Positions 35,270 to 44,332 of a DNA stretch of 64,000 bases are shown here, piece by piece. Where the stretch lies: the sequence record OK905446.1. One strand, 5' to 3'. The stretch's first letter is position 1. Every line of letters begins with the position of its first letter. A program made the position numbers and the translations under genes. The notes beneath the pieces were generated by a model that was not told the origin of the DNA, did not search any database, and worked only from the letters and a program-made list of their open reading frames with translations.

Positions 35270-36763
35270 TTACGCAGTTACAATCTTTTTAGCAATTTTC
35301 CATTCACCTTCGTTGAGGAAATTTGCTTGTACGTCAGACAGTTTACGCGCTTCTTCAAGTGAGAAGTCAGCAACTGTTACACCATTTTCGAAGATTGTTT
35401 GCATCACGCTTTTCGGATGTACGCGATTTTCGTAATCTTCAGAAGAGAACGTCACGTAACCACGCGCTGCTGGGTTTGGATTTTCTGCATCAACTGCAAT
35501 CAAGTCCAAGAATCCCGCCTTTGATGCTTTAGTCGGATCAGTCTTTGGCATTTTGAACACGCTAACGTATTCACCATTGATGATCGCAGCACTCATTTTC
35601 ATTGCGAAACGTTGAGTATCACGGTCTAGTTGTTGAAGCAAACCACCACCCATACCGAATGCAATGTTTTCTGCTGACCAGCCTTTACTTTCCATGTAAG
35701 ACAAGATTCGACGAATTTCTTCGATGTTCACGCCGTCGCCTTGAATGATGCGGAAACTTGGGTGTAGAACTTTGTAACCTTTGCTGTTGACTGTGTAGCC
35801 AACGTTCTTACCAAGAATCTCAAGACCTTTCATTACGACATCTACAGGCACACCAGAGTCAGGACGAGCAACGAAAGTACCGCCTTTGCTGATGATTAGC
35901 TCTTTAAAGCGACCAGTTGACACACGATTCATTGCTGCTTCGTAGTCATAGCTGTCCATTACGCAAGCGTATAGACCGCCACCCCATTGCTCGATAGAGT
36001 TCAAGAACGCAAGGTCTTCACCTGCTTCTTTGTAGATTGTAGTTGTTGAGTGTTCACGTGCAGGGATAGAGAATCCCGCAATGAAATCTTCAACGTCTTC
36101 AGCGTATAGTTCTTCAACTGCAATCAACGCTTCTACAGTGTCAGTTCCCAAGAAGTTTTTCAAGTGAGCAGAGCCGCCAATAGCTGCTGATTCGCCACTT
36201 GATACACCACGCGAACCAAAGTCGTGAAGTTTGAATGGCTCGATTTGAGGAATAAGCTCATCATCAACCGTAATGTTCATGAACTGGCGAATGATTTTCT
36301 TAACTTCAAACGAGATTGTTGCTACAGTTGTTGGGTACCAAATAGCACGCAAGATAAACGTTTCAAGATAGCCAGGTAGCCAGCCGAATCGTGGATCTGT
36401 GTTTTCAACCGTCAAGATAGGGTGTTTAACTGGTACTACAGTACCTTCTTTTACCGCACGAATCTTAATTGGCAGCTTGCCTTTTAGTTCGTTAACGATG
36501 ATGTCCCAACCCTTATCATTGAAGACTTCTGAACCGAAGTGCTTTTTGAACAGACGTTTCGCACGCTTGACATCGTTCATTGAAACACCCTTTTCGAGAA
36601 TACGACACATGTATGCCATACCATCGATCATAATTTTGTCGAACTTGCCGCCCCGGCTTTCAACATAATATTGACTGTACTCTAGACCACGAGGGAATTG
36701 AGACCAGTGTGAAACTTTGTAGCTGTCAGTTGCGATTGCGATATTTTGAGTAAGATTTAGCAT
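35270..36763 (-). CDS. nadV: nicotinamide phosphoribosyltransferase
   Basis: TDSYKVSH, HDFGSRG, GTDT, PAREHST, RPDSG, IQGDG, FGMGGGLLQ, RDT. Confidence 0.97.
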   Translation of the reverse strand: MLNLTQNIAIATDSYKVSHWSQFPRGLEYSQYYVESRGGKFDKIMIDGMAYMCRILEKGVSMNDVKRAKRLFKKHFGSEVFNDKGWDIIVNELKGKLPIKIRAVKEGTVVPVKHPILTVENTDPRFGWLPGYLETFILRAIWYPTTVATISFEVKKIIRQFMNITVDDELIPQIEPFKLHDFGSRGVSSGESAAIGGSAHLKNFLGTDTVEALIAVEELYAEDVEDFIAGFSIPAREHSTTTIYKEAGEDLAFLNSIEQWGGGLYACVMDSYDYEAAMNRVSTGRFKELIISKGGTFVARPDSGVPVDVVMKGLEILGKNVGYTVNSKGYKVLHPSFRIIQGDGVNIEEIRRILSYMESKGWSAENIAFGMGGGLLQQLDRDTQRFAMKMSAAIINGEYVSVFKMPKTDPTKASKAGFLDLIAVDAENPNPAARGYVTFSSEDYENRVHPKSVMQTIFENGVTVADFSLEEARKLSDVQANFLNEGEWKIAKKIVTA

Positions 36764-36830
36764 GTTATGGCTCCCATTTTATGCATTTTGTTGAGATTCA
36801 ATTATGAATCATTTTTGACTGTTGTTAAAC

Positions 36831-38009
36831 TTAAAATTTAAACTCATTCACTGCCATTGACTTATCGGCTGCGCTCCAAATCATCGTTCCGATTTCTTGT
36901 GGCGTTAACCGATCTTTCAATTTTTTAAAGTTGCTATACACCAGTTTGTGTGCTGACATAGCTCGTTCTACGGGACAGTGACCCCGCTTAATCAACCAAT
37001 TGTTGAAATTACTAACTGCTTTCTTGATGTCAATATCAATCACATCACTATCCATATAGCAATGCGGCTCGATTATAAAGTGTCTCTTTACGCCACACGG
37101 CGGACACCAATGCATACCATGCCAGTAATTTTGAGACTTTGACAATTCAGTTGTCGAGCACATAAGTGCCGCTGCAATATGCAGTATACCAGTCGAGTGA
37201 GTGATCACGATAGATGCTTTCTGGTTGATATACTCAGCTACATCTTTCAAAGAACCCTCAATGTATTCAACGTCATTGTCAATTGAATCAACAATTTCTT
37301 TGACTGATGCTTCATTGTTGTGAATAACAAACGTCAGCTTCGGCAAACGCTTCATGTACGAATTCATTTCTCTAATAAATTCAATGTACTCATCGTTCGT
37401 CCATCGCCGTTGGGACGTTGCATCATCACATACATGAAACACAAATCTTTTTTCAATTTCAGTGTAGCTCGGTCTACCACTGAAGTTCCATTTCAAGTCA
37501 AGAAGATATGATTCTTCTTCACAATGTATACCAAAGTATTCTTCTAGAATAATTCGATTCACTTCATTGAAATGAAACCAAATTGGGAATTGTAAGCTGT
37601 TAAAGTGTGATGTGTTGATCACTATGTCGAAATAATCATAGTCAATCGGCAGATTCGCACTTAACATGCTAGTTATCTTAGTATCTGCGACAATATCGCT
37701 GCGAATGTCTCTGTACGCTATGCAGCCACTTGAAATGTTATACTGAACATACAAATCAACTTCGCCGATTTCATCGAAATTTTCGATGTTTACCAGAGAT
37801 ACTTTCCCATTTAACTCATGCAGACTTATCATATATTCGATGAGAGGAAACAATTCATTGTGAAACGTGTACGTATGCATCGGTATGAATATTTCGAACT
37901 CTTTATCGTTTTTTGATAATGCATGAGCAAATTTCATTAAAGGGGCGAATGCGATGATAGAATCACCGACATTCGTACCGGGGATGTCAGCGATTATGCG
38001 AAACATCAA
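36831..38009 (-). CDS. GT9 (heptosyltransferase-like) glycosyltransferase
   Basis: VGDSII, RRWTNDEY, SLKDVAEYI, ITHSTGILHIAAAL. Confidence 0.75.
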   Translation of the reverse strand: MMFRIIADIPGTNVGDSIIAFAPLMKFAHALSKNDKEFEIFIPMHTYTFHNELFPLIEYMISLHELNGKVSLVNIENFDEIGEVDLYVQYNISSGCIAYRDIRSDIVADTKITSMLSANLPIDYDYFDIVINTSHFNSLQFPIWFHFNEVNRIILEEYFGIHCEEESYLLDLKWNFSGRPSYTEIEKRFVFHVCDDATSQRRWTNDEYIEFIREMNSYMKRLPKLTFVIHNNEASVKEIVDSIDNDVEYIEGSLKDVAEYINQKASIVITHSTGILHIAAALMCSTTELSKSQNYWHGMHWCPPCGVKRHFIIEPHCYMDSDVIDIDIKKAVSNFNNWLIKRGHCPVERAMSAHKLVYSNFKKLKDRLTPQEIGTMIWSAADKSMAVNEFKF

Positions 38010-38022
38010 ACACCCCTTTCAA

Positions 38023-38259
38023 TTAAGCTGTCATATCAGTAGGCAGCTTAACTTCTTTCGCTTCAGCTTTTTCAGCTTCGACTTTCACTTCCGGCGCAGC
38101 TTCAACTTTCACTTCTTGTTTAGGGAAGCCGCAGTTGATTGCGCCGATGTTGCACATTTCAATACCAGGGTTACCACCTAGCGCACCAGTTGCCATAGCA
38201 CCAGTTGAGAAAGTAGCGGATAGTAAAAGTGCAGTTGCGATTGCTTTGAAGTTTTTCAT
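38023..38259 (-). CDS. small secreted protein
   Basis: Signal peptide MKNFKAIATALLLSATFSTGAMA; C-terminal EVKVEA repeats. Confidence 0.75.
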   Translation of the reverse strand: MKNFKAIATALLLSATFSTGAMATGALGGNPGIEMCNIGAINCGFPKQEVKVEAAPEVKVEAEKAEAKEVKLPTDMTA

Positions 38260-38399
38260 GTGTATTTCCTTTATATTGTTTAAATGTTATCTTTTCGTTT
38301 TGTTTAACTTCTTTCTTGAAGTTGTGATAAGTATTACATGAACAAAACGAACTGTCAATACTTTTTTCAAAAAAAATTAAAAAAAATTTCGAGGTTGTA

Positions 38400-38975
38400 A
38401 TGAAAAGGACAATCATCATAGATGTAGACGGGGTTCTGCTTAATTGGAAAGCCAACTTGCCGTTCTTCATGATGCAACTAGGCATGTTCGACAATCTGAA
38501 TATGAATGGCTCGAAAACAGATAGCGACGCACGCTCTTTATTTATGAACGTTAGCGAAATGCAGCTTGGAAAGCTCATAGGGGCATATAACGAACATGAG
38601 TGTGCAAAGTACATACCAGCATACGAAGACGCTTACGAGTCGTTACGTGCGCTTTCAGATAGGTATAACGTTATTGCTCTAACCAAGTTCAGCATGAGTC
38701 GAACAGCATGGACAAATCGAGTACACAATCTAAACGCACTGTTTCCAAACATGATCAGCGAAGTCATTTCAATTGAATACTTCGACTCAAAGGCAAAGTA
38801 CGTTGAGAAATTGCGAGAATTACATGACGTGAGATATTTCATCGACGATTCACAAGACAATATCCGAGAAATCAAAGATGCATTCAAGGATATTCAATGC
38901 ATTCACGTTGACCGTGAATCAGATCACTTGAATGCATTGAAGTACGCTATATATACAAGTAGCATTTTTAACTAA
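38400..38975 (+). CDS. 30.2: HAD-family phosphatase, T4 30.2 homologue
   Basis: DVDGVLLNW, NLNALFP, YFIDD. Confidence 0.85.
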   Translation: MKRTIIIDVDGVLLNWKANLPFFMMQLGMFDNLNMNGSKTDSDARSLFMNVSEMQLGKLIGAYNEHECAKYIPAYEDAYESLRALSDRYNVIALTKFSMSRTAWTNRVHNLNALFPNMISEVISIEYFDSKAKYVEKLRELHDVRYFIDDSQDNIREIKDAFKDIQCIHVDRESDHLNALKYAIYTSSIFN

Positions 38976-38985
38976 GGATTAACAC

Positions 38986-40110
38986 ATGAAACCACTATGT
39001 TATATGCCGTTCAAGCAACTATTGACTAGAGCCAACAACCAGATTTCATTCTGTTGTTCGGCTGATTATGAATGGTTCACTGATGAGACGACACTAGCAG
39101 ACGCATGGAACGATGAGAAGATGGTCGCATATCGTGAAGCTATGCTAAATCACGATATGAGCAAGCTATCGGCAGCTTGCCAGAAATGTATAACCGATAA
39201 CGACCCCGCACGACTTACTGAATATGATGTTCCAGTATCGCCAATCATGCCCGAAGATTCCGTTAAATGGCTGTTGGTATTCCCTAGCAATGAATGCAAC
39301 CAAGCATGTCGATACTGCTACAGCAAACTATCCGACTTGAAGGCGAGATTCTTCAACGAAGAAGACTCAAGTACAAGATTCAACGACCTGAGCACAACGA
39401 TTAACACGGTAAGCAAAGGATTATCTTCATTGACAATTCTAGGTGGCGAAATCACTAGAGCTTCAAATGGCCCCGAAGTTCTTCGTAATGTCGGTGAAAT
39501 TAACGCGCCAGTTCATATATTCACGAATGGTTCAAGTCTTACACTAGCTGATGGTTCAAGCTTGATTGATTCACTCAAAGAGGCAAACGCATCGACTATA
39601 TTCGTTTCAATCGACGGATTGAGAAAAAGCCAAGACTACATACGAATCTTCTCAGACATAGAACGAGCTAAGGCTAACATCGAGATCATGAGCAAGCACT
39701 TTGATGTGGTGATCACTGGTACGGTATCGAATGTATTACTTGAACATTTAGAAACATTCGTTTCAGATTTCTACGAGACGTATGATGGAGATCGAGTTCG
39801 TTTGTCGGTGAACGTTGTCGGTGAACCAGAAAACCCATATTCGATCTACAATATACCTGATTCATACAAGAAGATTCTCGTTGAACGTTTCAAGAAATTG
39901 CAAGAGAAATATATCGGGCTGGATAGAGAGGACTTGTCTAGACCATTCAAATTTGTCAATGAATGTCTGAATTTAGAACATAGTGAATGTAAGTTCAACC
40001 CAGAATTCTTTGTGCTGAACAATCGCATTGACCAAAAGTCAAAAACTGATTTGAAGACGACTTCACCTGAATTTTACGAACAAGTGAAGCCGTATGACTT
40101 GATTATATAA
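38986..40110 (+). CDS. radical SAM enzyme with N-terminal twitch/SPASM domain
   Basis: CYMPF...CC...CQKC then CNQACRYC, LGGE, FTNG. Confidence 0.9.
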   Translation: MKPLCYMPFKQLLTRANNQISFCCSADYEWFTDETTLADAWNDEKMVAYREAMLNHDMSKLSAACQKCITDNDPARLTEYDVPVSPIMPEDSVKWLLVFPSNECNQACRYCYSKLSDLKARFFNEEDSSTRFNDLSTTINTVSKGLSSLTILGGEITRASNGPEVLRNVGEINAPVHIFTNGSSLTLADGSSLIDSLKEANASTIFVSIDGLRKSQDYIRIFSDIERAKANIEIMSKHFDVVITGTVSNVLLEHLETFVSDFYETYDGDRVRLSVNVVGEPENPYSIYNIPDSYKKILVERFKKLQEKYIGLDREDLSRPFKFVNECLNLEHSECKFNPEFFVLNNRIDQKSKTDLKTTSPEFYEQVKPYDLII

Positions 40111-41092
40111 TCACGTTACGTTCAAATTCGCTTAGGAACTTGTTATAACCACTAGCGAATTGTTTGGCTAGTGGTAACGGCTGTTTATTGAGGTACGGCA
40201 ATTGAACATGAATTATGTCATCAATTGTCGTCTTCGGGATAGTCGTCACGCTAAGGTGATGTGGGAAAGTACACATATTCGCAATGATATTGACTTTCCC
40301 ATTTTTCAAATGGGTTGGGTTTATCTCAAACAACATTTCATCGTACAAGTCAACGAAATGATGTATGGATTTATTCGTCATCGTATACTCAACTGCCAAA
40401 TGTATGTTCGGGATGTCGTCGATTGAGTCTAGAACTTTATTGATAGTTCGGTAGATTCTTTCTTGCTTTGCCCCGAACCTCACTTCCTCATTGAATTCCT
40501 TTGGACCATCCATTGAGAAAATCAATGTCACGTCACATTTCAATCGCTGTATCGCTTTCAAAAAACGTTCAGGGAATACAGTACCATTAGACGTAAAGAT
40601 GAATCGTTCGACTTTATCAGGGTCAAGATTCTCAATGATTTCAGCAATCTTCTTGTCTAGAACTGGGTTGCCACCCGAAATCGCAACTGAGCGAGTGTCT
40701 TTCAAGAATGGAATCACATCAAAGTTGTTCTCAATAATCCCCAATTTACCATCATTGTATTTCTTGTCGTAGCTGTGAGAAATCGACGAGCTACACATTT
40801 CACATGCATACTCACATTTATTCGACCGAGCAATAAACAATTCTTGAAAATTCAACTCGACGATGGTTTCAGTTGGCTTGACTTCAGAAGTCACAAGACC
40901 GTCTCTCATGCTTTTACAAGTGCGACAAGATTCTGGGATTTCGCCAGCAATGACCTGCTTACGGAGTTCGATAATCTCATCACTATTCCAAAATGAAATA
41001 TCAGGGTACACTTTCTGACCGGGCATCGAACATATTTTGAAACCGTCTGGTGTAATAGACGGCGATAGAAATGGTGATATGCAATATTTCAT
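40103..41092 (-). CDS. radical SAM enzyme with N-terminal twitch/SPASM domain
   Basis: CISPF...C...CRTC then CEYACEMC, SGGNP, TSNGT. Confidence 0.9.
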   Translation of the reverse strand: MKYCISPFLSPSITPDGFKICSMPGQKVYPDISFWNSDEIIELRKQVIAGEIPESCRTCKSMRDGLVTSEVKPTETIVELNFQELFIARSNKCEYACEMCSSSISHSYDKKYNDGKLGIIENNFDVIPFLKDTRSVAISGGNPVLDKKIAEIIENLDPDKVERFIFTSNGTVFPERFLKAIQRLKCDVTLIFSMDGPKEFNEEVRFGAKQERIYRTINKVLDSIDDIPNIHLAVEYTMTNKSIHHFVDLYDEMLFEINPTHLKNGKVNIIANMCTFPHHLSVTTIPKTTIDDIIHVQLPYLNKQPLPLAKQFASGYNKFLSEFERNVII

Positions 41093-41094
41093 AG

Positions 41095-41988
41095 TTACCC
41101 TATATGTTTAAATCCCGCCGATGTCTGTTTGCCGGGAGTTTGTTTTGACACCGCGTGCCATTGATTGTTTCGTTTCACAGCACACACTTTGTAAATCAAC
41201 CCGTATGTATCTCGTGAAATGTTGCTGAATGCAAAGCTACCAATCCCGAAGAAAACTCGTTTGCTACCGCGATAATATTCAACGAGTGAAATCCATTCAT
41301 CTAGCGATACACTCTCCGCCTGAGCTACAAAGCATTCGGTTTCTGCAAGAACATGATCAATAGTCTCGACAATCGGCTGCGAATCAACCATCACTGTACC
41401 ACGAAAGTTCTTCTTCTTGATCAAGTCAATGCACGCTTGTTTGTCAAACGTGTCAATCATAATACCGCGATAGTTATCCATGCAATATTCTTCGCCATTT
41501 ATCAGTATGTCACTATGCATGGCTACTGGTGCTTTATCGCCAGAAGAAACATAGAATATGCGCGAGAACATGTCACGAGCTTTATCACTCTGTTCTTGAG
41601 TTGAACTAGAACGACCGATCTGAGCATAAGCTGACCCAACACCGAAATCGTTATTCTGTAGAACGTCACGGCAGTGGTGCAATATAGTACCGACTGTGCT
41701 TGAATACCACAATTCATTGTACAACAATGTTTCGATCATATTACCGTATTGCAGCTTGCTTCTGTCTCGAATAGTCACCGTTACCGCCGCCTGCCCCCTT
41801 TCAATAAACGTGCCTTCAGGAACATGCTTAATTTCGATGAAATCATACTCGTTAACTTTCTCAACTAACGAGTCAATCCCATACAGATAAAACCCGTGAG
41901 TTCGACTACCGAAGTACCATTGAGCACCTTGAACATCTTCTCGATAACTATGCTCAAACTTATCGGCTGTGTGTTCGATTAAATTCAT
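41095..41988 (-). CDS. divergent, compact NAMPT/NAPRT-like type II phosphoribosyltransferase
   Basis: Collinear with NadV: VPEGT, WYSSTVGT, AMHS, IDTFD, VDSQ, FFGIG, RDT, GKQTSAG. Confidence 0.75.
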   Translation of the reverse strand: MNLIEHTADKFEHSYREDVQGAQWYFGSRTHGFYLYGIDSLVEKVNEYDFIEIKHVPEGTFIERGQAAVTVTIRDRSKLQYGNMIETLLYNELWYSSTVGTILHHCRDVLQNNDFGVGSAYAQIGRSSSTQEQSDKARDMFSRIFYVSSGDKAPVAMHSDILINGEEYCMDNYRGIMIDTFDKQACIDLIKKKNFRGTVMVDSQPIVETIDHVLAETECFVAQAESVSLDEWISLVEYYRGSKRVFFGIGSFAFSNISRDTYGLIYKVCAVKRNNQWHAVSKQTPGKQTSAGFKHIG

Positions 41989-42649
41989 CTAAAAATTCCT
42001 TGATTTTATCTACCGTATCAGACCCAAACATGTGATTAGCCATTGCAGATATAGCAACATCATTCACAATTTCAGTAAGTCGGTCGATGTCGGGATTATC
42101 AGTGAACATAGAACTAACATGTGCATCAACACACTTACTACAACGACCGCAATTATTATCGCGATTGTAACAATGTTGCAGAGTATTTGCATCAATCCCA
42201 TATTCATGAGCTAGTTGTATAATCTCACGTTTCGTCTTGGTTATAAACGGCTGCTCTATTCTACATTCTCGTCCAAGCAACTTAGACCACATATCAGCGA
42301 TTTCGTCTGAATGTTCGATTGTCGCATCATAGTAAAAGTCGTCACCATTCAGCGTACCGCGATAAATCACAGACGGTCTAAACGCATGAAACACAGCGTT
42401 GAACATCATTGTGTTGCGACCGATTAAATCTGGATTTCGCGGAGTCTTGAACTCGTACGGATCGTGCTGAATATGCAGAAGTTCAGGCATTTCAATGATA
42501 GTAGTTTCAGGTGGTAGCTTTTCTATTTCGAATTCATCAATAGAAAAGCCCCATTTGAAATAAACAGGATGAGGCTTTCTATCGAGAAATTCATATAAAA
42601 CCAAGCTATCTAACCCCGAAACAAGTATGATTTCATCATAGCTGGTCAC
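41960..42649 (-). CDS. QueC-like PP-loop ATPase with C-terminal zinc site
   Basis: SGLDS, GRN, PFITKTKREII, CY...CGRCSKC; GTG start at 42649 after GGAG. Confidence 0.8.
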   Translation of the reverse strand: MTSYDEIILVSGLDSLVLYEFLDRKPHPVYFKWGFSIDEFEIEKLPPETTIIEMPELLHIQHDPYEFKTPRNPDLIGRNTMMFNAVFHAFRPSVIYRGTLNGDDFYYDATIEHSDEIADMWSKLLGRECRIEQPFITKTKREIIQLAHEYGIDANTLQHCYNRDNNCGRCSKCVDAHVSSMFTDNPDIDRLTEIVNDVAISAMANHMFGSDTVDKIKEFLDEFNRTHSR

Positions 42650-43286
42650 GAAGCACTCCAGATTGTCTATAGTAGATTGAATGCACAAACTTATTACAAT
42701 TAGCTACAACTCGCTCGATGTAACCTTCATCTATGAATTGACTATACATCATCATGACATGAAAGTAAATTTCCCACGGGAACACTAGCGTATACATGCT
42801 GTTTCGTTTGTTCTCTTCATCGGGCTTGAAGTCTTTGGTATTGATACTAACGCATTCTTTAACCAAATCAATAGCTCGATAGTAAGCTTCCAAATCACCG
42901 TGTTTTGAAATGTTGTAGTTGGCTATGCAGACACGAGGATTGATTAACCCTTCTCGTTCGCCATTTCTTTTCACTACAAAATCATCAACGTCTCCCGGTT
43001 GCCAAGCACAATGCCAACGACCTGCATCAATGAAACTGGATACGCCGTATGTCTTGTCCATGAAAAAGTTATCCACAGAGATATACACATACTCTTCGGG
43101 TAGTTCTCTTTCGAATGACAGTCGTGGCATTTCAAAGTCAAGTTCAAGATCAGTGATGCAAACAACTCGACCTTTTTTGTGTGTTTCTATGAATGACCCG
43201 ACAAATATAGCCAGTTGATTCAACTGGCTCATGTCATTGATCGATGTGTGAATTACGTAATCATACATTATCGAAATTACCCCCAA
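42636..43286 (-). CDS. hypothetical protein in the modification operon
   Basis: Overlaps both neighbours; no family recognised. Confidence 0.7.
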   Translation of the reverse strand: MGVISIMYDYVIHTSINDMSQLNQLAIFVGSFIETHKKGRVVCITDLELDFEMPRLSFERELPEEYVYISVDNFFMDKTYGVSSFIDAGRWHCAWQPGDVDDFVVKRNGEREGLINPRVCIANYNISKHGDLEAYYRAIDLVKECVSINTKDFKPDEENKRNSMYTLVFPWEIYFHVMMMYSQFIDEGYIERVVANCNKFVHSIYYRQSGVLRDQL

Positions 43287-44118
43287 GTTTTAGTATCGTA
43301 TCGCGATAAAGTTCGTAGTTGAATTCAACATCTTCAACACTACCATACAGACCTGACATTGGTGACGATATGATTCGATTCACAATCGTCTTATGGTCTT
43401 CGCCAGTACGTTCTGCAATGTCCCACACTGTTTTCACAAACGCTGTGTATGTACCAACAAACTTTTCTGAATCAATGAAGTCGATTTCTTTGTCATACAT
43501 CAACGCACTAAACCAGAATTCAGACGTAGTTGGTAACCAAACTCGCTTTGCCGATTTCAATACATCTATACCTGAGATTTTATTGGATAGCACTTTCTTC
43601 GAATCGTATCGAGTCTTGAGCATATTCATGTAATACACAGACGTAATCGGGTGCGGCTTAATAACAGCGTCGGGGTATTGTTCAAATACCAAATCTAGCT
43701 TGTCAAAATCAACTGCAATTTCTAATACATTTGTCCCACACAGAAACACAACGTTGTCATATTGCAGAAATCTAGGCTTTGATGATAGTTTATATTTGTC
43801 AGCGTGGTCGAACTCTCGAAAGTAGTCGTGAATGTAGTCAGACGGATTTTGGTAGGCATGTTCGAATATTTTCCGCTGGAAATCATCGTTCATGTATTTC
43901 AGGTGAATGAAACTGATTTGAGACACCCATTCATGAACACCGATGTTGCCGCCGTCATTGTGATTGATGTCGAAATTGCAAGGGATATTGTTCGAATTCA
44001 ATAAACTGACAATGTCCATGCACATGGCACGAACATTGTCTGCACAGTGACGCAGTTTAAGCGTCCCTATGCGACTCATATTATTGAAACCCGTCATTTC
44101 ATTGTTGTTTGGGTTCAT
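43261..44118 (-). CDS. KpsC/KpsS-like (capsule synthesis) glycosyltransferase
   Basis: DKY, VIKPHP, VLKSAKRVWLPTTSEFWFSALMYDKEI resemble the beta-Kdo/sialyl-transferase GT-B C-terminal lobe. Confidence 0.55.
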   Translation of the reverse strand: MNPNNNEMTGFNNMSRIGTLKLRHCADNVRAMCMDIVSLLNSNNIPCNFDINHNDGGNIGVHEWVSQISFIHLKYMNDDFQRKIFEHAYQNPSDYIHDYFREFDHADKYKLSSKPRFLQYDNVVFLCGTNVLEIAVDFDKLDLVFEQYPDAVIKPHPITSVYYMNMLKTRYDSKKVLSNKISGIDVLKSAKRVWLPTTSEFWFSALMYDKEIDFIDSEKFVGTYTAFVKTVWDIAERTGEDHKTIVNRIISSPMSGLYGSVEDVEFNYELYRDTILKLGGNFDNV

Positions 44119-44320
44119 ACTTTTCCACTATCTCACTAAGGCTATCATCATATGACTGCAAAATCATATCACGCTCACTCTCAAGTGAGGCAATGTGATC
44201 GATGATAGCTTCACTATTAGCAGTCATAGACTCAACTAAATTTTCAATAATCTTTTCTAGGCGTTTATTCGCGTCTTCGAGTTTCGAAACACGCGCCTCT
44301 AGATCTTCATTATAACTCAT
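44099..44320 (-). CDS. small coiled-coil protein
   Basis: LEARVSKLEDANKRLEKIIENL heptads. Confidence 0.7.
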   Translation of the reverse strand: MSYNEDLEARVSKLEDANKRLEKIIENLVESMTANSEAIIDHIASLESERDMILQSYDDSLSEIVEKYEPKQQ

Positions 44321-44332
44321 GTTTATTTCTCA

